This document shows, piece after piece, positions 36,707-50,341 of a stretch of DNA of 64,000 nt. The stretch's first letter is position 1; each line of letters begins with the position of its first letter. The notes under the pieces are model-generated. The model worked only from the letters and a program-made list of their open reading frames with translations, ran no database searches and was not told the origin of the DNA. The DNA is from Candidatus Tepidifontimicrobium thermophilum (GTDB lineage: Bacteria; Sysuimicrobiota; Sysuimicrobiia; Sysuimicrobiales; Sysuimicrobiaceae). The position numbers were made by a program, and so were the translations under genes. Where the stretch lies: NCBI GenBank assembly GCA_031459915.1, contig JAVKHO010000013.1, positions 1 through 64,000 on the forward strand, read 5' to 3'.

Positions 36707-37630
36707 CTACCCTGCCACCGCGGCCCGCTCTGCGGACCGGTACACGTCGATCATCCGCAGGTAGTTGGACTTCACCAGCTCCGCCGCGTCCTGGCGGGGG
36801 AGCCTGCCGTCCAGGTAGCCCTTCACCCCGTCCCACCAGATGGTCCGGCCGATGGCGAAGCCGATGTAGCCAGGGACTCCCGCGCCTGCCTGCAGCCACC
36901 GCACCACCGCGGCCTCGTCCGCGCCGCGGCCCAGCACCACGCACGCCACGCGGTCCCGGCCACCCGACCGCACCTGCGCGCTGGTGCGCTGGCAGTCTGC
37001 CCGGTCGTCCAGCCCCTCGATCTTCCACACGTCCGGCTCCACCCCGGCCTCCTGCAGCTCGCGGATCGCCCGCACCATGAGGGCCGGCCGCACCTCCCGG
37101 TCGTAGCGCCCCTCGTCCCCGCCCACCGACTGCAGCTGCGCGGCCGTCGCGGGCACCAGGAGCTCGAACAGGAACTTCCGGCCCCGCTGGTGCAGCCACT
37201 CGGACAGCCGGCGCAGGCGCCCCGCCTGCCGGGCGTTCAGCTCCCGGTCGCCCTCGGGGTTGTAACGCACCAGCACCTTGGCGAAGGTGGGGTCGAAGGC
37301 CTCGATGTGCTCGCCGAAAGCCTCCCCGTACTCGAAGTCGAACTCGTCCTGCCCGCTGCGCTCCACGGGCATGGCGAACACCAGGCCCCGCCGCCGCGCG
37401 TCGCGGGCGATCTCCGCTCCGAACTGCTCGTCCACGAGGATGCCGGCGGACTCCCGGGGCGCTCCCTCCTCCAGGGCCCGCAGGAAGCCCTCGTAGATGA
37501 CCCGCTTGGCGTCTTGCACCCGCTCCGCCTGCTCCGGCGTCGGCTCGCCCCGGATGCCGGCCAGCTTGAGGAACGAGCCCCGGTGGTCGAACGCGAGGAT
37601 GTACAGGGGTCGTTCGTATCCCAGCTCCAT
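36707..37630 (-). CDS. DUF2090-family TIM-barrel aldolase-like protein (IolC C-terminal-like)
   Basis: LAFDHRGSF, GILVDEQFG, KVLVRY, PDVWKIEG, LGRG, GFAIGRT. Confidence 0.8.
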   Translation of the reverse strand: MELGYERPLYILAFDHRGSFLKLAGIRGEPTPEQAERVQDAKRVIYEGFLRALEEGAPRESAGILVDEQFGAEIARDARRRGLVFAMPVERSGQDEFDFEYGEAFGEHIEAFDPTFAKVLVRYNPEGDRELNARQAGRLRRLSEWLHQRGRKFLFELLVPATAAQLQSVGGDEGRYDREVRPALMVRAIRELQEAGVEPDVWKIEGLDDRADCQRTSAQVRSGGRDRVACVVLGRGADEAAVVRWLQAGAGVPGYIGFAIGRTIWWDGVKGYLDGRLPRQDAAELVKSNYLRMIDVYRSAERAAVAG

Positions 37631-37644
37631 GGCCTCTCCTCCCC

Positions 37645-38451
37645 TCACGGACTGCGCGGCAGGTCTTCCTCTTCCACGCGCATGCGGCTGGGCCCTTCCA
37701 CCACCACGCGTCCCTGCCGGTACCACACCACGACCCGCTGTCCCTCCAGCACGCTGCTGCGCCAGCGCACCCGCACCGGGCCCATGAGGTCCACCCGGCC
37801 CTGCGCGAAGTCCGCCACCGCTTCCCTCGCCACCCCCTGGCCTGCGGCGAACCGGAACGCCACGGGCCCGGCCACACGCGCGGTCTGCTCCCGCAGGCGG
37901 AAGGTGGACTCCTGGCCCTCCAGCGTCCCCTGCGGGGTCTCGAACCGGGCAGGAGCCGCAAGCCCTGCCTGCTGCTCGCGGCTGCGGTACAGGACCCGGG
38001 GGGCCGCGGCGGTTACCTCCCGGCCCGTCAGCACCGCAGGCCTCCCGGTTGCCACCGCCACCCCGCTCCGGGTGTCCAGCTGCACCCGGTCTGCGGAAAG
38101 CGTCCAGCCGCGGGCGTGCAGCCGGCTTCCTCCCTCCGCGTCCACCTGCAGCAGCTGGAGGGCTCGGGTGAACCGGATGCGGGCTGCACGGCTGCGCAGC
38201 TCCCCCTCGGGACCCAGCGCCCGCACCCCTCCGGAGAGCGTGCCGGCGCCGGCTGCGCGATCGAGCACCAGCTCCGCAGCGGTGAGCACCCGGCCGTCGT
38301 CGGTGATGCGCACCTGCCAGGCCCGCAGCCACCCGCGCTCCGCGTCCAGGTCCAGCCGCTCTGCGGTAACCACGAAGGCCGCCTGCGCGGAAGCGGCCCC
38401 CAGCAGCGCCACGAACACCGCGGCGCCCGCGGCCCGGAACAGCGCCTTCAC
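37645..38451 (-). CDS. LptA/OstA-like beta-jellyroll exported protein
   Basis: Signal peptide ending AQA; repeated beta motifs such as TAERLDLD, LSADRVQLD. Confidence 0.6.
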   Translation of the reverse strand: MKALFRAAGAAVFVALLGAASAQAAFVVTAERLDLDAERGWLRAWQVRITDDGRVLTAAELVLDRAAGAGTLSGGVRALGPEGELRSRAARIRFTRALQLLQVDAEGGSRLHARGWTLSADRVQLDTRSGVAVATGRPAVLTGREVTAAAPRVLYRSREQQAGLAAPARFETPQGTLEGQESTFRLREQTARVAGPVAFRFAAGQGVAREAVADFAQGRVDLMGPVRVRWRSSVLEGQRVVVWYRQGRVVVEGPSRMRVEEEDLPRSP

Positions 38452-39944
38452 CCCAGACTGACCGGCTGCAGGTCGATCTGGGCGCGCTGCAGCCGGCCGC
38501 TGTAGTCGATGTACACCGACTTCCACTCGGTGAACACTTCCAGGACCTGCAGGCCACCCTCCCGGTGTCCGTTGCCCGTGAACTTGGTGCCGCCGAAAGG
38601 CAGGTGGACCTCCGCCCCGATGGTGCCGTGGTTCACGTACACGATGCCCGTGTGGATGTCCTCCACGGCGCGCATGGCCTTGTGGATGTCCCGGGTGAAG
38701 ATGGACGCCGACAGACCGTAGCGGACCCCGTTCACCACCTCCACGGCCTCCTCCAGGCTGTCCACGCGGATGAGGTCGGTCACCGGTCCGAAGATCTCCT
38801 CCTGCGCGATGCGCATCCGCGGGTCCACCCGGTCGAACACCGTGGGCCGGAAGAAGAACCCGCGCTCCAGCCCGTCCCCCACCGCGCGCTCCCCGCCCAC
38901 CAGCACGGCGGCACCCTCTTCCCGGCCGATCCGCACGTACCGCTCCACCCGCTCCAGCTGTGCCTGGCTCACGAGAGGCCCCATGTCCGTCTGCGGGTCC
39001 AGGCCGTGCCCCAGACGCAGCCGGCGCGCCCGGTCCACCAGCAGGTCCGCCACGTCCCCGTGCACCTTGGGGTGGACGAGGACGCGGCTGCAAGCGGTGC
39101 ACCGCTGGCCGGAGGTGCCGAACGCGCTCCACGTGAGGGCATCCGCCACCAGGTCCAGGTCCGCGTCGTCCATCACGATGGCCGCGTTCTTCCCTCCCAT
39201 CTCCAAGGACACCCGCTTGCCCCGGGCCGCGCACTTTTCCGCCACCTGGAGACCCACCTCGGTGGACCCTGTGAAGGAGATGAGGGCGACGTCCGGGTGG
39301 TCCACCAGGGCCGCCCCCGTCTCGTCGCCGCCCAGGACCAGGTTCAAGACGCCGGGCGGCAGCCCCGCCTCTTCGAGGATCTCCACGAACTTCACCGCAC
39401 AGATGGGGACTTCCGGAGCCGGTTTGAACACCACGGTGTTGCCGCAGACCAAGGCCGGCACGATCTTCCACGAGGGGATGGCCAGAGGGAAGTTCCACGG
39501 CGTGATGACCCCCACCACCCCCACGGGCTGCCGGACGCAGTACGCGGCCTTGTGGGGCATCTCGCTGGGGGTGGTGTACCCGTGCAGGCGCCGGCCCTCG
39601 CCCGCGATGAAGTACGTCATGTCGATGGCCTCCTGCACGTCCCCCCGGGACTCCAGGAGTACTTTGCCCATCTCCCGGGTCATGAGCTGGGCCAGCTCCT
39701 CCTTGCGCCGGACCAGCAGCTCCGCGGCCCGGAAGAGGACCTCCGCGCGGCGCGGCGCCGGAACCTTGCGCCACTTCGGAAACGCCTCCTTCGCCGCAGC
39801 CACCGCGTCCGCCACGTCCTCGGCGCCGGACCGGGCACAAACGCCGAGCACCTCGCCGGTGGCGGGGTCGACGGACTCGAAGACCGCGCCCGAACGGGCG
39901 GGCTGCCACCGGCCGCCGACGTAGTTGAGGTACGTCTGGACCAT
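38448..39944 (-). CDS. Aldehyde dehydrogenase
   Basis: PWNFP, FTGS, LEMGGKN, GQRCT, EEIFGP, PFGG. Confidence 0.95.
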   Translation of the reverse strand: MVQTYLNYVGGRWQPARSGAVFESVDPATGEVLGVCARSGAEDVADAVAAAKEAFPKWRKVPAPRRAEVLFRAAELLVRRKEELAQLMTREMGKVLLESRGDVQEAIDMTYFIAGEGRRLHGYTTPSEMPHKAAYCVRQPVGVVGVITPWNFPLAIPSWKIVPALVCGNTVVFKPAPEVPICAVKFVEILEEAGLPPGVLNLVLGGDETGAALVDHPDVALISFTGSTEVGLQVAEKCAARGKRVSLEMGGKNAAIVMDDADLDLVADALTWSAFGTSGQRCTACSRVLVHPKVHGDVADLLVDRARRLRLGHGLDPQTDMGPLVSQAQLERVERYVRIGREEGAAVLVGGERAVGDGLERGFFFRPTVFDRVDPRMRIAQEEIFGPVTDLIRVDSLEEAVEVVNGVRYGLSASIFTRDIHKAMRAVEDIHTGIVYVNHGTIGAEVHLPFGGTKFTGNGHREGGLQVLEVFTEWKSVYIDYSGRLQRAQIDLQPVSLG

Positions 39945-39958
39945 ACGTCCTCCCCGCT

Positions 39959-41044
39959 TCAAAAGACGCGGGCCGCCCGCACGCGCCGCGCCGCCTCCCG
40001 GAAGGCCCGCGCGCCCGGGCTGTCAGGGTAGCGCACCACCACCGGTTCGCCCGCGTCGCCCGCCTCGCAGATGCGCGGGTCCAGGGGGATCCGGGCGAGT
40101 AGCGGAACCCCCAGACGGTCCGCCAGGGCTTGACCTCCGCCCTCCCCGAACACCGCCACCGGCTCCGGCCCTTCCAGGTAGCTCATGTTCTCGATGACGC
40201 CTGTTACCTTGAGGTTCACCTTCTCCGCCATCCGCGCGGCTCGGGCCGCCACCTCCACCGCGGCCTGCTGGGGCGTCGTGACCACCAGCATCTCCGCCCG
40301 AGGCAGCTGCTGGGCCACGGTGATGGACACGTCTCCGGTGCCGGGCGGCAGGTCCAAAAGCAGGGTGTCCACGTCGCCCCAGTGCACCTCGGTGATGAAG
40401 GTGACGAGGGCCTTGTGCAGCATGGGACCCCGCCAGATGACCGCCTCGTCCCGGTCCACCAGCATCCCCATGGAGACCGCACGCACGCCCCACCGTTCCA
40501 GGGGGATGATCATCTGGTCGATCACCGTGGGCCGGCCCGCAATACCCAGCATCCGGGGGATGGAGAACCCGTACACGTCCGCGTCCAGCACCCCCACGCG
40601 GCTGCCGGCCTCGGCCAGGGCCACCGCGAGGTTGGCGGTCACCGTAGACTTCCCCACGCCCCCTTTGCCACTCGCCACCGCCAGGACCCGCACCGAGCTG
40701 TGCGGCCCCAGGAAGGGAGACGGCGCACTCCCCTCTGCACCCCGCAGCTTGGCGATGAGGGCCTGCCGCTCCTCCGGGGTCATGACGCCCAGGTGCACGT
40801 CCACGGACCGCACGCCCGGCAGCCGGGCCACGCGGTCGCGGATGGACTGCAGGATGACCTCCCGCAAAGGACAGCCTCCGATGGTCAGGACCGCCTCCAC
40901 CCGCACGTGCCCGTCCTGCACCCGTACGTCGCGGACCATGTCCAGGTCCACGATGGACCGCCGCAGCTCCGGGTCTTCCACGTCCCGGAGGGCCTGAAGG
41001 ACCTGCTCCCGGCTGAGCTCGGGCTCGTGCCGTCCGAACCGCAT
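39959..41044 (-). CDS. Mrp/NBP35 (ApbC/SalA-like) ATPase with N-terminal DUF59 domain
   Basis: DPELRRSI...GCP, GKGGVGKST, DADVYG, WRGPM, DLPPGTGD, ENMS. Confidence 0.92.
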   Translation of the reverse strand: MRFGRHEPELSREQVLQALRDVEDPELRRSIVDLDMVRDVRVQDGHVRVEAVLTIGGCPLREVILQSIRDRVARLPGVRSVDVHLGVMTPEERQALIAKLRGAEGSAPSPFLGPHSSVRVLAVASGKGGVGKSTVTANLAVALAEAGSRVGVLDADVYGFSIPRMLGIAGRPTVIDQMIIPLERWGVRAVSMGMLVDRDEAVIWRGPMLHKALVTFITEVHWGDVDTLLLDLPPGTGDVSITVAQQLPRAEMLVVTTPQQAAVEVAARAARMAEKVNLKVTGVIENMSYLEGPEPVAVFGEGGGQALADRLGVPLLARIPLDPRICEAGDAGEPVVVRYPDSPGARAFREAARRVRAARVF

Positions 41045-41090
41045 GGCGCCTCCCCTCCGTCCCCTTTCCCTCCCATGCTACCACCCGGGG

Positions 41091-42712
41091 CTACCGGGCT
41101 TCCGCGTAGGGGGCCACCACGAGGCCTTCCCGCGGCCGCAGCTCCAGGTCACGCTCGAGGCCCTCTCGGTCCAGGTGCGTGGACAGCAGCACGTACCCGC
41201 CTGCTGCCAGGCGTGCGGGGGTCTCCGCGAAGTTCAGGGCTACCAGCAGGACCTCGCCTTCCACCTCCCGGCGGTACGCGAGCACGCCTGGGGGTGCTCC
41301 GACCGGGACGTAGCGGCCCGCCACCAGTGCGGGGTGGGCCCGCCGCAGCCGCAAGAGCCGCCGGACCAGGTTCAGGAAGGACCGTCCGTCCTGCTCCTGG
41401 GCTGCCACGTGGCGCCAGGATGCGTCGGGGTTGACCGGCAGCCAAGGCTCACCGGTGGTGAAGCCCGCGTGGGCCGTCGCGTCCCACTGCATGGGCGTGC
41501 GGGCGGCGTCCCGGGACCACCTGCCGCCCCACTCCCGGAACCCCGCCCGGTCCCGCACCCGGTCCGGCGGGATGCTCCCGTCCACCATCCCCAGCTCGTC
41601 GCCGTAGTACAGGGTGGGGGTGCCCCGGAGGGTCAAAAGCAGCATGTGCGCGAGCCGGGACCCCTCCTCGCCCAGCCGCGTGGCGACCCGGGGCCGGTCG
41701 TGGTTGCCCAGGACCCAGCTGGGCCAGGCCCACGGTGGGAGAGCGGCCTCGTAGCTGTCCACCAGCCTGCGGACCTCCGTTGCGTTCCACCGCTCCGGGG
41801 GCAACTCTACCAGCGCGAAGTTGAAGGGGAAGTGACACTCGGGCCGGTCAGGGCTGCCGTAGTAGCGGACGAGCTGCGGGACCGGCAGGTACACCTCACC
41901 GATCAGCACCGGGCCGCGGTCCTGGTACTCGTCCAGCACCGCGCGGAACTGCCGGAGGACCTCGTGGGTCTCCGGCTGGTCCTCGGTGTAGGGGTGCAGG
42001 AGCCGGTCCCGCTCCCGCATGCCTGGCCGCCAGGTGGGGTTGGGCGGCTCGTCCCGGAAGGACGCGTCCTCCACCAGCAGCCACGCCGCGTCCAGCCGGA
42101 ACCCGTCCACCCCGCGGTCCAGCCAGAACCGCACCACCTGCACCATGGCTTCCACCACCTCGGGGTCGCGGTAGTTCAGGTCCGGCTGCTCGGGGAGGAA
42201 CTGGTGCAGGTAGTACTGCCCGCTGGCCGCGTCGAAGGTCCACGCAGGCCCGCCGAAGAAGCTGAGCCAGTTGTTGGGCGGGCCTCCGTCGGGAGCCGGG
42301 TCGCGCCACACGTACCAGTCCCGCTTTGGGTTCGTGCGGCTTGTGCGGGACTGCACAAACCACGGGTGCTCGCTGCTGGTGTGGTTGGCCACCAGGTCCA
42401 CCACCACCCGCAGGTCGCGGCGGTGGGCCTCGGCCACCAGCCGGTCGAAGTCCGCGCGGGTCCCCATGGTGGGGTCCACCTCGCAGTAGTCGGACACGTC
42501 GTAGCCGAAGTCCCGCTGCGGGGAGGGGTAGAAGGGAGTAAGCCACACCGCGCCGACGCCGAGTTGTGCCAGGTAATCCAGGCGTTGCAACAGGCCGCGA
42601 AGGTCGCCGACCCCGTCGCCGTCGGAGTCCTGGAACGACCGGGGGTAGACCTCGTAGAAGGCCTCCCGCTGCCACCACGCGAGGCCGCGGGACCGGGGGG
42701 ATTCCTGGCCCA

Positions 42713-42713
<1 letters not shown>
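41091..42713 (-). CDS. GH13 alpha-glucosidase / oligo-1,6-glucosidase-like
   Basis: YPRSFQDS, DLVANH, GFRLDA, IGEVY, GNHD, RTPMQW. Confidence 0.92.
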
Positions 42714-44835
<2,122 letters not shown>

Positions 44836-44839
<4 letters not shown>

Positions 44840-46707
44840 CCGGAACCCTCCCAGCGCAGGAAGACCACCGCCAGAGGCGGCAGGACCAGCCGCAAAGAGT
44901 AGGGCCGGCCGTGGCGGGCAACCGGCTCCGCCTGCACGCCTCCGAAGTTGCCCCACCCGCTGCCGCCGTACTCCCGCGCGTCGCTGTTGAGCACCTCCTC
45001 CCACCGTCCGGGTTCGGGCACGCCGACCCGGTAGTCCTGGCGGGGGACCGGGGTGAAGTTGCACACCACCGCCACCGGCCGGCTTCCGCGGCCGCGGCGC
45101 AGGAAGCTCAACACGCTGGACTCGCGGTCGTCGGGGTCGATCCACTCGAATCCCCCGGGTTCACAGTCCAGCTCGTGGAGGGCAGGTTCCGTTCGGTACA
45201 GCCGGTTCAGGTCCCGGACCCACCGCTGGATGCCCGCGTGGCGTGGGTCCGCCAGCAGGTGCCAGTCCACGCTCCCCTCGTGGTCCCACTCCCGCCGCTG
45301 CCCGACCTCCCCGCCCATGAACAGCAGTTTCTTGCCGGGCTGCGCGTACTGGTAGCCTAGCAGCAGCCGGAGGTTCGCGAACTTCTGCCAGTCGTCCCCG
45401 GGCATCTTCTCCAGCAGGGAGCGCTTCCCGTGCACCACCTCGTCGTGGGACAGGGGCAGGAGGAAGTTCTCGGAGAACGCGTACAGCATGCGGAAGGTGA
45501 GCTCCTGGTGGTGGTACTTCCGGTACACGGGGTCGCGGGACAGGTACCGCAGGGTGTCGTGCATCCACCCCATGTCCCACTTCAGCCCGAACCCTAAGCC
45601 GCCGGCGGACGTGGGGCGGCTCACCATGGGCCAGGCGGTGGACTCCTCCGCCACCGTCTGAACCCCGGGGAAGTCTCTGTAGACGGACTCGTTCAGCTGC
45701 CGAAGGAACCGGATGGCGTCCAGGTTCTCCCGTCCGCCGTACTCGTTGGGCAGCCACTCGCCCTCCCGTCGGGAGTAGTCCAGGTACAGCATGGAGGCCA
45801 CCGCGTCCACCCGCAGCCCGTCCGCGTGGTAGCGGTCGAGCCAGAAGTGCGCGCTGCTGAGCAGGAAGCTCCGGACCTCCGGACGCCCGTAGTCGAAGAT
45901 GGCGCTGCCCCAGTCCGGGTGCCACCCGCGCCGGGGGTCGGGGTGCTCGTACAGGGCGGTCCCGTCGAACCGCGCCAGGCCGTGGGGGTCCGTGGCGAAG
46001 TGGGAAGGGACCCAGTCCAGGAACACGCCCACTCCGTACTGGTGCAGGGTGTCCACCAGCTCCATGAACTCCTGCGGCGTACCGTACCGGCAGGTGGGCG
46101 CGAAGTAGCCCGTCACGTGGTAGCCCCACGACCCGTAGAAGGGGTGCTCCATCACCGGGAGGAACTCCACGTGGGTGAACCCCTGCTCCCGCACGTATTC
46201 CGCCAGCCTGGGCGCCAGCTCCCGGTAGGTGAGGTGCCGGCCGTCGTCCCGGCGCCTCCACGATCCCAGGTGCACCTCGTACACGCTGAGGGGCGCGTCC
46301 AGAGCGTTCCGGCGAGTGCGTTCGGCCATCCACGCCCCATCAGCCCACGCGTACGCGAGATCCCAGACCACCGAAGCGTTCCCCGGAGGTGGCTCGGACC
46401 AGAAGGCGAAGGGGTCGGCCTTGTCCAACGGGGGCCCTCCTCCCCGCGGGACCACCCGGTACTTGTACCGGTGGCCGGGCCTCGCGGACCGCACCAGCCC
46501 TACCCAGATCCCCGAGTCTCCCAGCGGCTCCAGGGGGTCTGAGTCCGGGTCCCAGCCGTTGAAGTCCCCCATGACGCGCACCGCCGCGGCGTTGGGCGCC
46601 CACACGGCAAAGCGCGTAGCTTCTTCCTCCGGATGGGCCCCGAGCTTCTCGTACAGCCGCGTGTGGGTGCCCTCCCGGAACAGGTACAGGTCCAGCTCGC
46701 TTATCAC
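44836..46707 (-). CDS. glgB: 1,4-alpha-glucan branching enzyme
   Basis: [47 protein letters not shown]. Confidence 0.95.
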
Positions 46708-48635
46708 GGGTGCCGACTCCTCCGGGCGGCCAGGTCCTGCAGCGTCTCCGACACCTCCGGCAGCCCGTCCCAGGCCTCCACGGGATACCGCAGCCGCCTG
46801 CGCCAGTTGGGGTGCTGGTCTCCGGTGGTCCCGGGCACATTGTGGCAGGCGGTCGCCAGCCACAGGTCCTCCAGGTGCACCAGCACCGAGCCCGCGGGGC
46901 TTTCCGCCAGCCAGCGCAGGGCCGCGTGGAGGGCCGTCCGCGGCGAGGGGTCCCGGAGGCCCAGCTGGCGGGCCAGCGCCGTCACCACGGCCTGACGCCG
47001 GCCGCGCTCCGCGGACATCTGCTCTGCCGTCATGCGGCCCAACCCGTGGAGTTCTACTAAATCCAGACCCTCCCACCAGCTGGCGAAGGGAGCCGTGTCG
47101 TGGGTCCCCAGCGACGCCACGGTGTCTGGAGCTGGCGGGCGCAGGGGCTCGGAGCCGGCCTCGAAGGCCAGGACGTACATGCGCCACAGGCCCCGACGCT
47201 TGAGCTCCCTCCGGACCGTGCCGGGCACCGTACCCAGGTCCTCGCCCACCACCACCGCGCCCGCACGGACCGCCTCCAGCATCACGGCGGCGTACAGCTC
47301 GTCCGCAGGGTAGCGCACATACACCCCCTCCGTGGCCGGGAACCCCTTCGGGATCCAGTACAGCCGGTGCAGGGCCATGACGTGGTCCAGGCGGACCATA
47401 CGGGCCACACGGAACAGCCTGGCCAGACACGCCCTCAGGTAGGCGTACCCGTCCTCCCGCGCCCGCTGCGGGTGCACGGGCGGAAAGCTCCAGTCCTGGC
47501 CGAGGTCCGAAAAGGGGTCCGGCGGCGCTCCCGCGGAAACGCCCTCCACGAACAGGCCGCGGAACTGCCACGGGTCGAACCCGTCCGGGTGCGCACCCAG
47601 GGGCAGGTCCAGATACAGGCACGCCCCGGTCTCCGTAACCGCCTGTAGCTGCCGGTCCGCCAGCCACTGCGCGTACGCGTACACGTCCCGAGCTACCGGG
47701 TCCGCGCCCTCTAACCGGACGCCCGACCGCGCCACTTCCGGCCAGGCCCTCCAAGGCCGGCGCTGTCGTTCCAGGTAGGCCCGGAAGGCGGTGTACGGGG
47801 CCAGCCACGGTTGCCGCCGGGCCCACGCCCGCACTTCCTCCTTCCGCCGGTCCGGAAGCTGCCGCCAGCTCTCTTCCAGCAGGGCCCGTTTTTCCGCGAA
47901 GGCGGCCCGGTAGTCCACGAGCCCCGTGACCGCGGTCCTGCGGGAGCCGGGCAGGTGCACGAACAGCTCGTTCCAGAACAGGCGGCTGGCCGGCAGGTAA
48001 GGACTGGGCTCGCAGGGCTCGTCCAGAAGCGCCGCAAAGAGCGGCAGGGTCGCCAGAACGCCTGCCCCACGCGCCAGGGCCCAGCTGGCGGCCCGGCGCA
48101 GGGCTTCGAAGTCCGCGCAGAGGCCGTCGGTGCGAGACCACAGGCCGTACGTGGGGACCCACAGGCCCAGGCGGGGCGGCGCAACTCGGGGCAGGCGGCG
48201 GGGGGCCGACAGCACCACCGTGTGCAGCCTCCGCCCGCCGGTGGTCACCACCGCGCGGTGGCAGCCCCAGGGCAGTCGGCCCGGGAATGCGACGTGGCAC
48301 TCCACCCCACCGTCCCGGCCCCGCACGTGCCGGACGCTCAGCTCCGACTCCTCCAGCTCGCCACCACCCTCCAGCAGCACCGCGCAGCGCACACGGTCCG
48401 CAGGGCCCGGCAGCCGGAGCTTCAGACGCAGGCGTCCGTCCCACGCCACCGTGACGGGCTCCACAGCCGGCGGCGGCGCGGCGGCGTCGACCCCCAGGGC
48501 CTCCACAACCGCGCGGACGGCCTCGGGCGAGGCCCGGCGGAGGCGGCCGCGAACGTCCCAGTAGGCGAGCTGCACGCCGGCCCGCCGGAGCACAGGTGCA
48601 AGGTCTCGGGACGACCTCACACGGGCCGACGTCAC
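46704..48635 (-). CDS. malQ: 4-alpha-glucanotransferase (GH77)
   Basis: SPY, YLDLPLG, GAPPD, RLDH, GEDLG, THD. Confidence 0.92.
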   Translation of the reverse strand: MTSARVRSSRDLAPVLRRAGVQLAYWDVRGRLRRASPEAVRAVVEALGVDAAAPPPAVEPVTVAWDGRLRLKLRLPGPADRVRCAVLLEGGGELEESELSVRHVRGRDGGVECHVAFPGRLPWGCHRAVVTTGGRRLHTVVLSAPRRLPRVAPPRLGLWVPTYGLWSRTDGLCADFEALRRAASWALARGAGVLATLPLFAALLDEPCEPSPYLPASRLFWNELFVHLPGSRRTAVTGLVDYRAAFAEKRALLEESWRQLPDRRKEEVRAWARRQPWLAPYTAFRAYLERQRRPWRAWPEVARSGVRLEGADPVARDVYAYAQWLADRQLQAVTETGACLYLDLPLGAHPDGFDPWQFRGLFVEGVSAGAPPDPFSDLGQDWSFPPVHPQRAREDGYAYLRACLARLFRVARMVRLDHVMALHRLYWIPKGFPATEGVYVRYPADELYAAVMLEAVRAGAVVVGEDLGTVPGTVRRELKRRGLWRMYVLAFEAGSEPLRPPAPDTVASLGTHDTAPFASWWEGLDLVELHGLGRMTAEQMSAERGRRQAVVTALARQLGLRDPSPRTALHAALRWLAESPAGSVLVHLEDLWLATACHNVPGTTGDQHPNWRRRLRYPVEAWDGLPEVSETLQDLAARRSRHP

Positions 48636-49354
48636 AGACCGTCCGTGGCCGGCTGCACGGGTGCAGGGCCGCCCCGCCGGCGGCGCTTGCGCCGGCGCCG
48701 ACGGGGCGGCTGTCCGGCAGGCTCCGGCGGAGAAGCGGGTGGCGCCGTCTCCCGCACGGGCTCCGCGCGGGGCTCGGCTGCCTCCCCCCGGGCCTCCTGG
48801 GCCGCGGGGCGTACCTTCATCAGCCGGACCTCCTCCGCCACCAGCTCCCGCTCCGCGCTCCACTTCATACGGTCCAGGGTCCGCTCCACTTCTTGCACCG
48901 CCACCCGGCGGACCAAAGCCTCGTCCAGCATCGCGATGCCCGGGTCCAGCTCCACCGTGTAGCGCACCCGCACACCGTCCTCCACGGGTTCCACCTCGAA
49001 CTGGCCCGCGTAGTGGAGAAGGGTCCCGTGGGCCTGACGCCACCGCACGGCCTGACCGGGCTCCAGCTGGGCCCGCACCACCGACTCCACCGGCAGACCT
49101 GCCAGGAAGCCCCGAAGACGCAGAACCCACCGACCTGCCCGTTTTTCCAAAGTGTCCGCCCGCATCCACAGGTCGGACCAGCGCGGCAGGTGCTCCAGGC
49201 GGCTGGCCATGCCGTAGGCCGCCGCGAGGGGGACACGAAGGAGGCGGTGCCCGGTGGCCACCACTCCGCGGGCGGCGGTCACGGCTGCCGCCGCCTCCGC
49301 CGCCGCGGGGGGACGCACCCGCCGGCGCCGGCGTCTGCGACCGGGGCTGTCCAC
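48632..49354 (-). CDS. SRPBCC/START-fold protein with poly-Arg tails
   Basis: Central region fits the polyketide cyclase/CoxG pattern (E.LP.W, VRWRQ..G, G.FEVEP, YTVELD). Confidence 0.6.
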   Translation of the reverse strand: MDSPGRRRRRRRVRPPAAAEAAAAVTAARGVVATGHRLLRVPLAAAYGMASRLEHLPRWSDLWMRADTLEKRAGRWVLRLRGFLAGLPVESVVRAQLEPGQAVRWRQAHGTLLHYAGQFEVEPVEDGVRVRYTVELDPGIAMLDEALVRRVAVQEVERTLDRMKWSAERELVAEEVRLMKVRPAAQEARGEAAEPRAEPVRETAPPASPPEPAGQPPRRRRRKRRRRGGPAPVQPATDGL

Positions 49355-50341
49355 CTAGACCACCGACCGCAGCTCCTCCCGGGCCCGGCGGGCACCCTCC
49401 ACCATGGAGGCCAGCTTGCCCACCGCCTCGTCGATGGTCCGCGTCTTCAGGCCGCAGTCCGGGGACACGTACACCTGACGGGGCTCGAACACCTCCAGGG
49501 ACCGACGGATCCCGTCCAGCACCTCCTCCACCGTCTCCACGCGGTGGGAGTGGGCGTCGATAACCCCGAGTCCGATGTCCTTGGTGAACCGGTGCCGGCG
49601 GAACACCTCCAGGAGGGCGAAGTCCTCGTTCTTCAGGGCCAGGTCGATCTGGCGGACCGGTAGGTCCAGCATCCTCGGGTAGATGCGGGGGACGTCCCCG
49701 TAGCACACGTGGGTGATGGTGTAGGCGCTGAGCCCGTCCGTGACGACCTCCATGGCCTCCCGGGCCAGCTCGAAGTCCTCGTCCGGGCGGGTGTGGATGG
49801 CGGGTTCGTCGATCTGGATGAACCGGGCCCCGGCCCGTTCCAGGTCCACCGCCTCCTCGTGGATGGCCCGGGCCAGCTCCAGTACCAGCTCCCGCCGGGT
49901 CGGGTAGTACTCGTTGAAGGACCACTCCGCGATGGTGTACGGGCCCGTGAGCATCCCCTTCACCGGCTTGCCCGTCAGCGACTGGGCGAAGCGGAACCAC
50001 TCCACGGTGATGGGCCGCTTGCGGCCCACGGGTCCGGTCACCACGGGCTTGGGATAGTAGCGGTTCCCGTACGACCGAACCAGGCCCGCGATGGCAAACC
50101 CGTCCATTTCGTCCGCGAAGTACGCCACCATGTCGCCCCGGTACATCTCCCCGTCGACGAAGACGTCCAGGCCCAGCTCTTCCTGACGCTGGATCCACTC
50201 CCGCGTGGCCTGCTCCTCCAGCCGGCGCAGCTCCTCGGGCTCGATCTGGCCCCGCAGCCGCTTGCGCCGCGCCTCCAGCAGGTACGGAGGCTTGGGGAAG
50301 GACCCTACCGTGGTGGTCGGGAACAGGGGCAGGTCGCTCAC
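49355..50341 (-). CDS. metE: Cobalamin-independent methionine synthase, catalytic half
   Basis: TTTVGSFP, DGE, KGMLTGPYT, QIDEPA, Zn ligands HVC and PDCGL. Confidence 0.88.
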   Translation of the reverse strand: MSDLPLFPTTTVGSFPKPPYLLEARRKRLRGQIEPEELRRLEEQATREWIQRQEELGLDVFVDGEMYRGDMVAYFADEMDGFAIAGLVRSYGNRYYPKPVVTGPVGRKRPITVEWFRFAQSLTGKPVKGMLTGPYTIAEWSFNEYYPTRRELVLELARAIHEEAVDLERAGARFIQIDEPAIHTRPDEDFELAREAMEVVTDGLSAYTITHVCYGDVPRIYPRMLDLPVRQIDLALKNEDFALLEVFRRHRFTKDIGLGVIDAHSHRVETVEEVLDGIRRSLEVFEPRQVYVSPDCGLKTRTIDEAVGKLASMVEGARRAREELRSVV

